Shown here: positions 53,180-64,000 of the stretch, one piece after another
Position numbering within the stretch: the first letter of the stretch is position 1
How the letters are laid out: every line of letters starts with the position of its first letter
Assembly: GCF_001194135.2 (NCBI RefSeq)
Contig: NC_068996.1
Coordinates: 22,928,359 to 22,992,358, forward strand
Source of the DNA: Octopus bimaculoides
Taxonomy: Eukaryota
Reading direction: 5' to 3'
DNA length: 64,000 bases
Position numbers and translations under genes: made by a program
Notes under the pieces: generated by a model
Seen by the model: the letters and a program-made list of their open reading frames with translations, nothing else
The model's database searches: none
Told to the model about the DNA's origin: nothing

Positions 53180-53499
53180 TGAGGGTGGGTCCATATAAGT
53201 TCTTTGGGGATTCACGCAAGCAAAATAGTAAATTGGGGAGCCACAGTGGTGAATTAAAGGTCCATGATAAGATGTTGCTTTAGATGTATTTATTGCAAGA
53301 AGCAGCTAGGCTTCTTTCTATGATGTTTTCCATAGTTCAACCTAAGCAAGTGAATATATGGAAGGCAAAATAGGAATTTTGAAAGAAGTATCTATAAGAT
53401 TAACTTTTAAACTTCAAGGGGCGATAAAGGGTTCACCTGAGTAAAATAGTAATCAAAGGGGTCCATAGATTTTTTTAAAAAAATGGTTGAGATCCACTG
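53180..53499. mobile_element. hAT-type MITE, degenerate left end
   Basis: Ends aaaatggttgagatccactg, similar to 20474-20723. Confidence 0.55.
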
Positions 53500-54853
53500 C
53501 TCTTGGGAAAGGCCCATGCCATCGAGAGTGATCATAACAAAAGTCCAAACCGAGCGATAGAAGTAGTTTAGTAGATAAACACGATAAGGTTTGATTAATA
53601 TATTTTACATGGAGTACAAAATGTAGATTATACGATAAAGAAAAATATATATAGAGAGAAAAAATATGTAATACGCAACTAAGGTATGTGATGAAAATAT
53701 GTATTATACTTAACATATATACGTACGCAATCGATAGGCCAGTTACTCCAGTATTTATCCCGAGATAATATCTCATATGGACTTGTGTTAAAAACACAAT
53801 AAACACCAAAGAGAGAGAGAGAGAAAGGAGACGAAAATCTATCCCAGCAGCGACCAACGAGAGCCCCAATCGTATTCCGATTTTTTGAGCTTTTTCAATG
53901 GCACTATCTCTCTCACTGCCAGCCACATGCTCGGACGAGAAATCGTCATCTCTGATATTAGAAAACGGGAATAAAACATTTCTTGTTGCGGATGATAAAA
54001 AATATATCCGAGAGCAGGAGACTTAGTTTATCATATTTCTCATTATAAACCTCCGTTTTATTCTATTCTCATAGATACTCTGTAAGTTATTCAACTGTGT
54101 ATAATACCAAAAGAAAATTGCAGGACAAATTTTGTTTTAATATATTATTGGAATTTGGATAAACATGAATTTTCATGGAGTTCTAATCACAGTACCGGGC
54201 CAATTATCCGGTAAATTTGGGACCGGAAATGTCCCAGGTTTCTGAATTTTCTGGTTTCCTAGAGACAGTCTAAATATATACATAAAATATAAAATAAATT
54301 ATAAGAAGTAAAGAGCTAAGTTGTATTTAACAGATTCACATTAATACACTTCTAAAGCAGGATCTCATTGATAATTATCAATCTACTGAAAAGTCTTATA
54401 TCATACTGTACCATGTATACTAGATGAAAACGAAAGAGCATGGCTTTATTTAACAGCTAGAGGTACAAATTAATGGATTCTAAAGTATGTTTAATCCGTG
54501 TCACTCCATTTGAAAAAGTAAGGAACGAAACTGTTTTTAACACACCGTATGCAAATTAACCAACTTCAAAAATAGGATATGTTTATTCAAAACACTTCCT
54601 AGATTTCTGGAAGCTAGGTAAGGGTTAATGTACTGTTTTGCAATTTTTCAATATATATATATATATATGAATTAAAAACGTAAAATTAAAACAGAACACA
54701 AAGGATTCCACGGTACATGTGTTTCAAGCTTTATACACAAACAGCCGTTGCATCATTATATGGGTATATAATTGATAGACAGGATGGTATAAAGCTATCT
54801 TCAGCCGCAAATATATTCTTTCCCAAGCATTATATCACAAAGATGTATATATG

Positions 54854-54899
<46 letters not shown>

Positions 54900-54934
54900 C
54901 TTTATTTAAAAGCAGCAGAAATATAACAAAAAAA

Positions 54935-54972
54935 CTGGTACTCAGAGTTTCACGTTCCCGTTCATCGGACAG
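54935..54972 (-). ncRNA. Second minimal hammerhead motif on the opposite arm
   Basis: ctgt CCGATGA acg-ggaa-cgt GAAA ctc-t-gag TA ccag; first stem I pair mismatched. Confidence 0.5.
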
Positions 54973-55007
54973 TCCGATGAACGAGAACGTGAAACTCAGA
55001 GTAACGG
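54972..55007 (+). ncRNA. Minimal type I hammerhead ribozyme motif (U4C core variant)
   Basis: gt CCGATGA acg-agaa-cgt GAAA ctc-a-gag TA acgg: core, stem II, stem III and GUA cleavage triplet (55001-55003). Confidence 0.6.
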
Positions 55008-55113
55008 TTTTTTTGTTATATTTCTGCTGCTTTTAAATAAAGCATATTACTCTACCTCTGGTATTTGAGTACTCTTTTTTCCACCTTGTTGCACATTTCA
55101 TGTGCTTACTCCC

Positions 55114-55147
<34 letters not shown>

Positions 55148-56254
55148 TGTATCCACCTATCTATCGGGTATTGATATACAGTGCTGGTCACTATAGTTTT
55201 CAGTTCTTTCTTAGTTGCGCCATTCTTTTCTATCTTGGGCCCAAATCATTAAACTAAATCGTCTGCCCATCGTTGTGAATATAATATATATATGGGAGGT
55301 TGATATTAGTTAGTGTATACAGTGAATGAGATTCTATTGTTTAAATACGCATCGAAAGAAGTAGTAAATCCGTCTTCCACTTCCATGAAAATTTACGGGA
55401 ATAGAAACTTATGAATAATTTTTACGTATATCTTTTTGTCGTTTTGTTTCTTTCGTCTTCGCTTTTGTTTTTTTGTTGTTTTTTTTTTTCACTTTGTTGC
55501 AATGTCTTAATTTGTATAATTTTGCTGAGTTATAACACCAGATACCTATAAGTCCTTTCCGCTATAGATGTAAAGCCTGAAATTTTTTTAGAGGAGGGTC
55601 TAATTGGTCACATCGATCCAAGTGTTCAATTGGTACTTATTCCATCAACTCCAGCAGAATTTGAACTCAGAACGTAGAGACGGACGAAATGCCGCGAAGC
55701 ATTTTATCCGGCATGATAACGATTCTGCCAGCTATCTATGATAATGACATTTACTAACACTCTTTTAAGCATGCTTGCCCTTATCCGTCCATCATTAGTT
55801 CGCATTAGTTCATGATAGCCACATTTATTTTTATACTTAACTGGGTTAATTTTCTTTCACTTTCAATTCCTCAAATTTATGCCCTTGAAGTGAAAGACCA
55901 CCGTTAGCAGCTCTAAATTTCTACTTTACTTTAAACGAAAGTTAACTATTAGGTGAGTATAGGAATTGTTAAACGGGTGTTTTTGCCCACTCAAGAAGCA
56001 CATATTCTGATTCAGGATTTGTACAGTGTTTTTTTTCTTCTTTTCTCTGTTTTTTTCAGTAATAATCTTGAAAAAATCTGATTTTGAGAAAAAAAAATTG
56101 AAATAGGGCTATTTTGTGAGAAAATTATAATTTGTTTCTTTCTACTTCTTTGGATTTAATGATGTGCATTGTATATTTATTCATTACTGTGTTGTTAATG
56201 GAATTGTCTACTTCAGAAGACTGTGTCTGGTTTTGGTATTTTATTTTTATTTGT

Positions 56255-56433
56255 TTCAGTCAACGGACTGCGGCCATGCTGGGGCACCGCTTTGTAAGGT
56301 TTAAATGAACAAATCAGCTCCAGTACTTAGTTTCTTTCAAGTTTGGTGCTTATTCTATCGGTGTCTTTTGCCGAAACGCAAGTTATGGGAACGTAAACAT
56401 AACACCTATTGCCAAGCAGTGATGGGGAGCAAA

Positions 56434-56476
<43 letters not shown>

Positions 56477-56610
56477 TTACACACAGGCATTTGATCCACT
56501 GATCGCCCGGGGCTATACTAGAAGACACCCAAGATACCACGCAGTAGGACTGGACTAGGAACCACATGGTTACAAAGCAAACTTCTTAGTCATAGCCATG
56601 CCTGCACCTA
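56255..56610 (-). mobile_element. SINE S1
   Basis: Reverse-complement match with (CT)n(CA)n centre. Confidence 0.75.
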
Positions 56611-57714
56611 TCTGTTTATCATCAGTTCGTGAATAAATGAAATGACGTTTGTTTTGTTTTGTAATTATTGTTATTATTCTTTGAACTTAACATAATAATG
56701 TTTTTGAAGCAGTATTTTAAATTTCCTCTTTGTTTTTATTATGGTAGAACTGCAAACTACTGAACTCATATCACTGAACAAAATAGAGTTGAGGTGGTTG
56801 TTTAGTTTTAAAATGTCTCCAATATGCAAATGGAGCGAAAAAGATTCTGTTCAGAGCCACAGTTTTAATAGTTTCACTCTAGTGCTCTAAATATAAATAC
56901 ATTTGCTAACAAGCATGGGTGTGGCGTGTAAAATTGATTAGTTACTTTGATTTTTAAATGCTTGCTGTATCTTCGCTGTTCGTGAGCGATTTGGCAGAAT
57001 CGTTAGCGCCTCAGAAAAATTGCTTTGAGGCATTTTTTTCCTGCTCTTTACGTGCTAAGCACAAATTTCGTCGAGGTCAACTTTGCTTTTCATCCTTTCG
57101 GGGTCGTGTTGCCATCTCTCCTCAAAATTTTAGGCTTTATGTCAAAATTTGAAAGCATTATTTTTTCATATGACTTTGTATGCCTACATGTGTAGGCATA
57201 TCGTAGAGATACGGAAGAAACTTTTATGTGTAATATAGAAAATTGAAAAACTACATTTAAGCGAGATTATCGATGTTAGGGCTTGTTCTCGTGCTTTTTC
57301 TCCCAGCAGACCTGTTCCTCATGTCTGGCAATGCTGGCATAGTATCCTTTGTAAAAAATTAAAACGGATACCATAAAACAATATATAAGTTGTTTGTTAC
57401 TATTATATTTGGGAGACAGGACAGCTAACATCAAATTTGACGAATGGTTCAACAAACAAGACCGATAGAATAAATACCAGACAAGAAAAAAAGGGTGTGT
57501 CCTGGGTCGATTTGTCCCAATAAACACTTCAAGGCGGTGTTCCAGCATGGCAGCAGCTTAATGGCTAATACAACTGTGTGTGTGTGTGTGTGATAAGTAT
57601 TTCGAAACTTTGATGTTAAATAATTCGCTTTTAACTGTAGATGAAGCTATGAATAGAAAAAAAATTGCTATTACTTATAGCTTTATCTACTTCGCTTTTT
57701 ACAGTTAGAAGCGA

Positions 57715-58014
57715 ATTATATATTTATATATATGCATACATACATTTGCATATATATTCATATAGGCATATATATATACATATATGCATATATATGTGTA
57801 TATATGCATATATATGTGTGTATATATATGCATACATGTAAATACCTTATATATATGCATACATACATATGCATATATATACATGCATATATATGTGAAT
57901 ATATATATATATGCATATATATGTATACACACACATATATGTACGTATATATGCATTTATATATGCTTTTATATATATATATATATATGCATATAAGCGT
58001 GTATGTATATGTGC

Positions 58015-58078
<64 letters not shown>

Positions 58079-58100
58079 GCGTATATATCTGTATATGTGT
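57715..58100. repeat. Complex (TA)/(CATA)/(TG) microsatellite
   Basis: Visible low-complexity tract; source of the Y/I/C/M-rich ORFs. Confidence 0.9.
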
Positions 58101-58461
58101 CTAAGCACGAACACAAAAAGATTTTTCGTCAAAGTATTATCTACCTTTCAACTAACTTCTACTTCCTTTTCTTTCTCTTAACAATTACAATAGCAAAAGC
58201 TGATTACGTCATTTTCTCTATACTAGAATGTATACTTTCCACGTTCATATTTAAATTTTTTGCAGCTAACCTAATGAGAGTTTTGTCGAAAGTGCAGACT
58301 TTTGACTTCCCTTTGTGTGCGTACACGATAGGCTTCTTTCAGTTTCCTTCTACCAAACCTATTTGCAAGACTTTGGTTGGTTCGGGACAATAGTAGAGGA
58401 CACTTGCTCAAGGTGCCAAGTAGTGGGATTGAATATACATTGTTATATGTATCGTTTATAT

Positions 58462-58775
58462 AGGTGCGTGGTTTAATGATTAAGGTATCCGGCTCACGAT
58501 CGTAAGATCAGGAGTTCAATTCCCGACCACGTGTTGTGTCCTTGAGCAAGACACTTTGTTTCACGTAGCTCCAGTCCACTCAGCTGGAAAAAAATGAGTA
58601 GTACCTGTAATTCAAAGGGCGAGCTTTTTTACACTCTGTCATGCTGAATTTCCCTGAGAACTACGTTAAGTGTACACGTGTCTGTGGAGTGCTCAGCTAC
58701 ATTCGAGTTAATTTCACGAGCAGGCTGTTCCGTTGATCGGATCAACTGGAATCCTCGTAACCGACTGAGTGCCAG
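58462..58775 (+). mobile_element. SINE S3-related copy
   Basis: tRNA-like head (gtggtttaatg...ggagttcaattccc), gtgtccttgagcaagacact core and S3 tail. Confidence 0.8.
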
Positions 58776-59479
58776 TTATATTGCTAACAGGTCAAATGTG
58801 ACCAAGGGAAAGGGACATTGATATATATATCGTTGCTATTATGCAAATGTGTCCAAAACGTTGCTTTTTTTTTCAGAAAACGAAAAAATAGTTACACTAT
58901 TCAATAGCAAAATCGTTGTATTACACTTTGACAGTTTTTAATATCTTGGCATCTGAAGCAGCTGGAGATAGAGTAGTTTCATCAAAAGAACTGGCTATTA
59001 CAAGCAAAAATAAATATTGAAAAAAAAAAAAAAAACGCATTTGGCCAAACGACAGTTTAACATAATAGAAACGATGTGTGTGTGTGTGTGTGTGTGTTTA
59101 TATACATACAAATGTATATGTACGTGCACAAACATATTTGTGTATCTATGCATGAAAGAATTAATTGTTCGAAGATCATCTTTTAGTTTGGCAAAATTAC
59201 CTATCTCAAGTGCTTTTCTTATCTTATCTTGTCTTTTAACGTGATTATTTTATTTATTTATCAACTGGAGTTTGTTTTAAAAGAACTTTTTTACGACTTT
59301 GTCTTTTCAATCATTTATTTTCACTTGGAAATTTTCTAGAACATTTTTATGCTTTTAATGTCACTTTGACTTAACGTTTACTATATTTCACATTATATTA
59401 TTTGTGCACTATCTTGACAGAGTATCAGGTTTTCGAGGTTCAAATCCTGTCGTAATTAATTTTGTCTTTCATTCTTCTG

Positions 59480-60125
59480 CATCGATAAAACAACTCGGTG
59501 TGACGTTACTAGCCTTGTTTTAAATGACTGTGCTACTTCATTATCAGCCAGGTTACCACTCACCGTATCCAGTGGTCGGCTTTCTATAAGACTCCCCAGT
59601 TTCATGCATACAATCAGCCCGGCTCTTGTTTCCACTTCATTCTTTAAATGTCGCTTCAATCCACAAACCTCTTTGGCGGTCTCTTGCTCTCTTCTCCACT
59701 GCCTTTTCTGTTAAGATAGCCTTGTGTAATGACTCGTAACGGCACACTACTTTCTCCCTGTTAAATTAAGAAGCCATTTTCTTTTTCGCGCTTATTGATG
59801 CTGCTGCTGTTGCTTTGTCTCTTATCTCACGTCTGATTTAATATCTTTTAGCGAGACTGGGTAGGGCACAATAAGTACGGACACAAAGCTAAATGTATTC
59901 CATTAAAGGTGTCTCAAGAAGATCCTGAAAGTGAATTGGTGGGATCGTGTCACAAACAAGGAAATTTTGAGAAGAGCGAGGCGAACCACTGCAACAGATC
60001 GCCACAGAGCACAGATTCTGTCTGGTTGGTCGCATTCTCGATTAGATTGGTGGTTTCCAGTCATTTTTTCCCAATGGACCTCTTTGATTACTGTTTTACT
60101 CCTGTGGAGCTCCATAGCCATTCAC
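59480..60125. mobile_element. RTE-like RT remnants in inverted arrangement (59480-59750 minus, 59850-60125 plus)
   Basis: Minus: ETAKEVCGLK...KLGSLI...FKTRL. Plus: ETG/W...CLKKILKVNWWDRVTNKEILRRAR. Confidence 0.5.
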
Positions 60126-60861
60126 TGTTTAAAAAGTAGTTTTATACATATTTCTTTTAAAATTCCTTTTTTTTTTTTTTACACTATGTAAAATGTCAGA
60201 GAAAGAAACCTAGCTGTCTCTTGCCATAAATATATCTAAAGCAAATTTTTTTCATGTACCCCTAAAATAGTTCTGTGGATTCCAAATTGACTGTTTTGCT
60301 TGAGTGGACCCTCAAAAGCCTTACATAAGACCCCCAGTGATCATATGGACCTTGGTTGAGGTGATGAGTAGCACCCGTAAACAACCTTGGCGTAGGTGGC
60401 ACTTGTCGGCAGACGTAAAAGCAGTAGGTCGAAGATCACTTGGAGGTGGTCATTTTAAGATAGGCTGCTACTCTTGCACATCCATTTCATGTAATGTTGG
60501 CTGTAATCAGGCTAAAAAGCACAGTGGAGGAAACTTGCCCCCCCCCCCCAATTCGCTGAGCAACGCTGGAGAATTTAGTATCAGAGAGGTGTTTTAGTGA
60601 ATGTCTTACCATAGTTTATTAGTCTACCTCTAACACCAAAATACTTCTCTCTTTTGCCTCTGTATTTTTTTTTTTTTGCATTTAAGTTTACAGTGTACAT
60701 GCAACACATTATACTTAACTCATTTCTTCTCAGTTAGTCCTTATACATTTCATCATTACTCTATCTATATATTACAGTTTATTTGATATATATTCCTTAT
60801 GACAATAGAATTTTCCTTTTTCTTTCTTTTTCACTTTTTTGCTATCAATATTAAGAAACTC

Positions 60862-61080
60862 TAAGGCAGCGAGCTGGCAGAATAGTTACCACGCCGGGAA
60901 AAGTGCTTAGCGGCACTTCGTCGGTCGTTACCTTCTGAGTTCAAATTCCACCGAAGGCGACTTTGCTTTTCATCCTTTTGTGGTTGATAAAATAAGTTCC
61001 AGTCAAGCACTGGGGTCGATGTAATCGACTTACCCCTTCCCTGAAATTGCTGGTCTTGTGTCAAAATTTCAAATCAGTAT
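60862..61080 (+). mobile_element. SINE S2
   Basis: Full match. Confidence 0.8.
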
Positions 61081-62037
61081 TAAGAAACACTAGGGAGTGC
61101 TCTACAACAAAAAAGGTACTTCAAAGAATAAGCCCACCCTCCTATTCTCATAAAAATGTTTCAGCCCTTAACTTTATGCACTCCAATATATTTACGCCTT
61201 ATCCAGGCCATAACTCTTGTATATTTCGCCTTTCTACTGGAGCCTTTTCTACCACTTGCATGCACGCGGTAGAACCTGTACTTAGCATGCTGCTTAGGTG
61301 TCTGAAGCTTGGTTACATTTATGGCGGATGTTCTAACCACTTGGATACTCATTAATATTCCATATCTTCACTATTGCAAAATGTCGCTTCAATAAAACTG
61401 TCTTCTCTGGTTGTTTTGTAGCATTAAGCTTTTCCAGTGCAGCTTCTGGTGCACATGAACTTTTATTGTGGTCTTTTTCATTAAGATAGTCGAGTGTGAA
61501 TTCAAGGAGATTTGACCGCTATTACTACCAGTAATAGCATGTAGAGGTTCTCCTCGTTGACTCATATCCCGCAATAGCAGGATGTAATTCGAAGGAGACT
61601 TAGCTGTTATTTTTGTAGAAAGCCAAGTGATGATGTAGAGGTTGGCTTATACATAGAAGGCAATGGAGGGTAGTTTGAGGAAAATTGCGCAGTTGTTTAT
61701 TATAATAAGAGCGGAATCAAGCGTCCGATCACGTAGAATCTCCCTTTTAGGTTCATGTGTGTGTGTGGTGGGATGGGGTATTTTATCATAAACTTAAATG
61801 AGTAAATCGATATACCTTATCATCCATGTTACTCTTACAACCTTTACAATAGTTTCAGGCTTTTTGTCACGATGATCTTATAATACGAACTTATACTTCA
61901 TATTCTGACGGTGGAAATCCCTCACCCATATCCATGACTATATGATTGACTATATGGGGAATTAAAGTTTTATGTGTTAGTAATGTCGCGTAAGCGGAAT
62001 ACAAACTACTGAGCCTTCAGTGAAAGAAAAAAAGAAA

Positions 62038-62421
62038 GGAGTGGCTGTGTGGTAAGTAGTTTGCTTACCAACCACATGGTTCTGGGTTCAGTCCCACTGC
62101 GTGGCACCTTGGGCAAGTGTCTTCTACTATAGCTTCGGGCCGACCAAAGCCTTGTGAGTGGATTTGGTAGACGGAAACTGAAAGAAGCCGGTCGTATATA
62201 TGTATATATATATGTGTATGTGTGTCTGTGTCTGTGTTTGTCACCCCAACTTCGCTTGACAACTGATGCTGGTGTGCTTATGTCCCCGTAACTTAGCGGT
62301 TCGGCAAAATAGACCGATAGAATAAGTATTAGGCTTACAAAGAATAAGTCCTGGGGTCGATTTGCTCGACTAAAGGCGGTGCTCCAGCATGGCCGCAGTC
62401 AAATAACTGAAACAAGTAAAA
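62038..62421 (+). mobile_element. SINE S1, best-preserved full copy
   Basis: tRNA-like head, ttgggcaagtgtctt CORE-like segment, (TA)(TG) spacer and tail ending gactgaaacaagtaaaag. Confidence 0.85.
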
Positions 62422-64000
62422 GAAAAAGAGAAATGTTAATGTCATCGAATTTATTGATCAACCATCGTTTGATTAGTACTCAATTTATCTGGACCTTCGC
62501 CGGATATCAACTCAGAATATAAAACACTACAGCTCGCAGATCGTTCTGAGTTCAAATTTCGCCGAGGCCAACTTTACCTTTCATTCTTTCAGGGACGATT
62601 AAATAAATACCACTTATAGGAGGAGGGATGAGGTGATAGACTAGCCTTTTTGTGCCCTATAGTATATACTATAGAACTTTCTTCTTTTTTTTTTTTGGTA
62701 GAATGCTCTGCTTTCTATGCTGTCAAGTTACTTTTCCATGTATTTAATTTATTCCAAAACAAAGAATTCCAGCAATAATTCTTATCTTTATTTCTTTGTC
62801 TTCCTGTTTTTCAACCAAATCCTTTCTTATTCACCATTTTGTCCTTTTCCTGCCCTCTCGTCTCCATAAAACTCCTTGTCATGTATTATTATTTGGTTAT
62901 TTAGGGGGTTATCTTTTACAATTGTCTCCCACTCTTTCCCTAGTCTACGCAAACGCTTTTAATACATCTCTGGACATGTGCTTTATATTCTCTATAATCT
63001 TATCTTTTCCTCCATGCTTGAAAGTTTTTACGTATGTACACACATACGCAAACACAAATACTTATATACACACACATACACGTATCCATATATGTATACA
63101 TACACGTGTGTATTTCCCAGCTTCCTGTTTTAACGTCTTTGAAATATTATCTCTGTAACTTCAGCTGATGAAAAGAAGAGAGTGAAAAGTTTATTTGTCC
63201 TTTTTTTACACTCAATAAATGTCCGCAACACTGCCACCAATATCACCACTGCCTCCTTTACCATCATCATCATTAAGCATGCTTTCTAGTTTCTGGTTGT
63301 TATTTTTTTTTTACTTCTCTCTCTCTGTATTTTTGTTTCTGTCGTTGTGCTGCTGTCTTTCGAACGAAACTTCTTTACAACTGTTTGCTCCCTTGATATC
63401 CTTGAGATATCCGCTTGGTCGTAACAGCAATTAAGATATAAACAAAAAACATTTTATTTGCTACAAAGTTGGTTTATTGGTTCGTAAACATTGCCATACT
63501 ATTTATTTTCAGCGACCAAGTCAATATAAAGCCTTGTGGCAACACTTCTTTGTTTTAATCTCTTTTCTTCCTTTTTTGTCATTGTTTTTATCACGTGGTT
63601 TGGTTGGTCGGTCGCTGGTTTAACAACAACAAAACTATTTTCCCAGCTAAACTTTTCTTCAAGAACATTTTTCTAGGGCATTAACACTCACTACCACACC
63701 GCACAACCACTACTACTACCACCACCACTATGAACCTGTTGTTGTTAGTCTCTGTCTATACGGTTGATTGCTACGTATGCAAAAGACTATATACTGTAGA
63801 GTTGTTGGCCGAAAAGTTGCTTCACTCCACAACCCTACCCAACTCTACAACTCAGTTTAAATGCTTAGCTGTCTTGGCGGCTATTTTCTGTAACAAGCCT
63901 AACAGAAGTTATTTATTACACACACACACTACACGTTTTATGTGTAAGTAATATATATATAAATTAAATATAAATATATTATATATTGTTTATATATATA

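Larger units (their letters stand above)
54896..55110. mobile_element. Penelope-like terminal sequence arranged as a 75-bp-arm palindrome
   Basis: Arms 54896-54970 and 54972-55046 with 5 mismatches; embedded in (TA)n; a short outer-arm piece also occurs at 43496-43523. Confidence 0.6.

Noticed and set aside
53024-53215. Small ORF with PPSY (PY) motif
   Set aside because: The motif overlaps the edge of a MITE and the ORF ends in (TA)n; no supporting exon signals.
57705-58393. Overlapping Y/I/C/M/H-rich ORFs
   Set aside because: Translations of (TA)n/(CATA)n microsatellite.
61085-61620. Coding-like unique stretch with short ORFs on both strands
   Set aside because: Many stops, no recognisable motif and no second copy in the window; cannot be assigned without a search.
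63166-63200. CTGATGA...GAAA hammerhead-like core
   Set aside because: The intervening sequence cannot form stem II and there is no stem III.

Overview
AT-rich, repeat-dense eukaryotic scaffold with about ten N-gaps. The SINE and microsatellite landscape looks like a coleoid cephalopod (Octopus-like); this is recognition, not a database result. The only confidently recognisable host gene is the first coding exon of an Orai (CRAC Ca2+ channel) gene on the minus strand (5897-6052); its downstream exons were not found and probably lie left of the window. A degenerate, strand-asymmetric ~41-bp satellite occupies much of 9.2-24.5 kb. CpG/TF-motif-rich, promoter-like islands occur at ~34.0-34.2 kb and ~35.5-35.6 kb. 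Most of the rest is decayed mobile DNA: Tx1/L1-like, CRE-like, R4/Dong-like and RTE LINE fragments, three tRNA-derived SINE families, mariner/hAT/piggyBac-type non-autonomous elements and Penelope-like ends. The most notable unexplained items are (i) a 151-bp palindrome at 54896-55046 whose two arms each encode a minimal type I hammerhead-ribozyme motif, (ii) three diverged, disrupted tandem copies of an unidentified multi-pass membrane-protein-like sequence at 36.8-41.8 kb, and (iii) a possible shared 3' tail between one SINE family and the Tx1-like LINE. Repeat boundaries are approximate (tens of bp) unless TIRs or TSDs are quoted.
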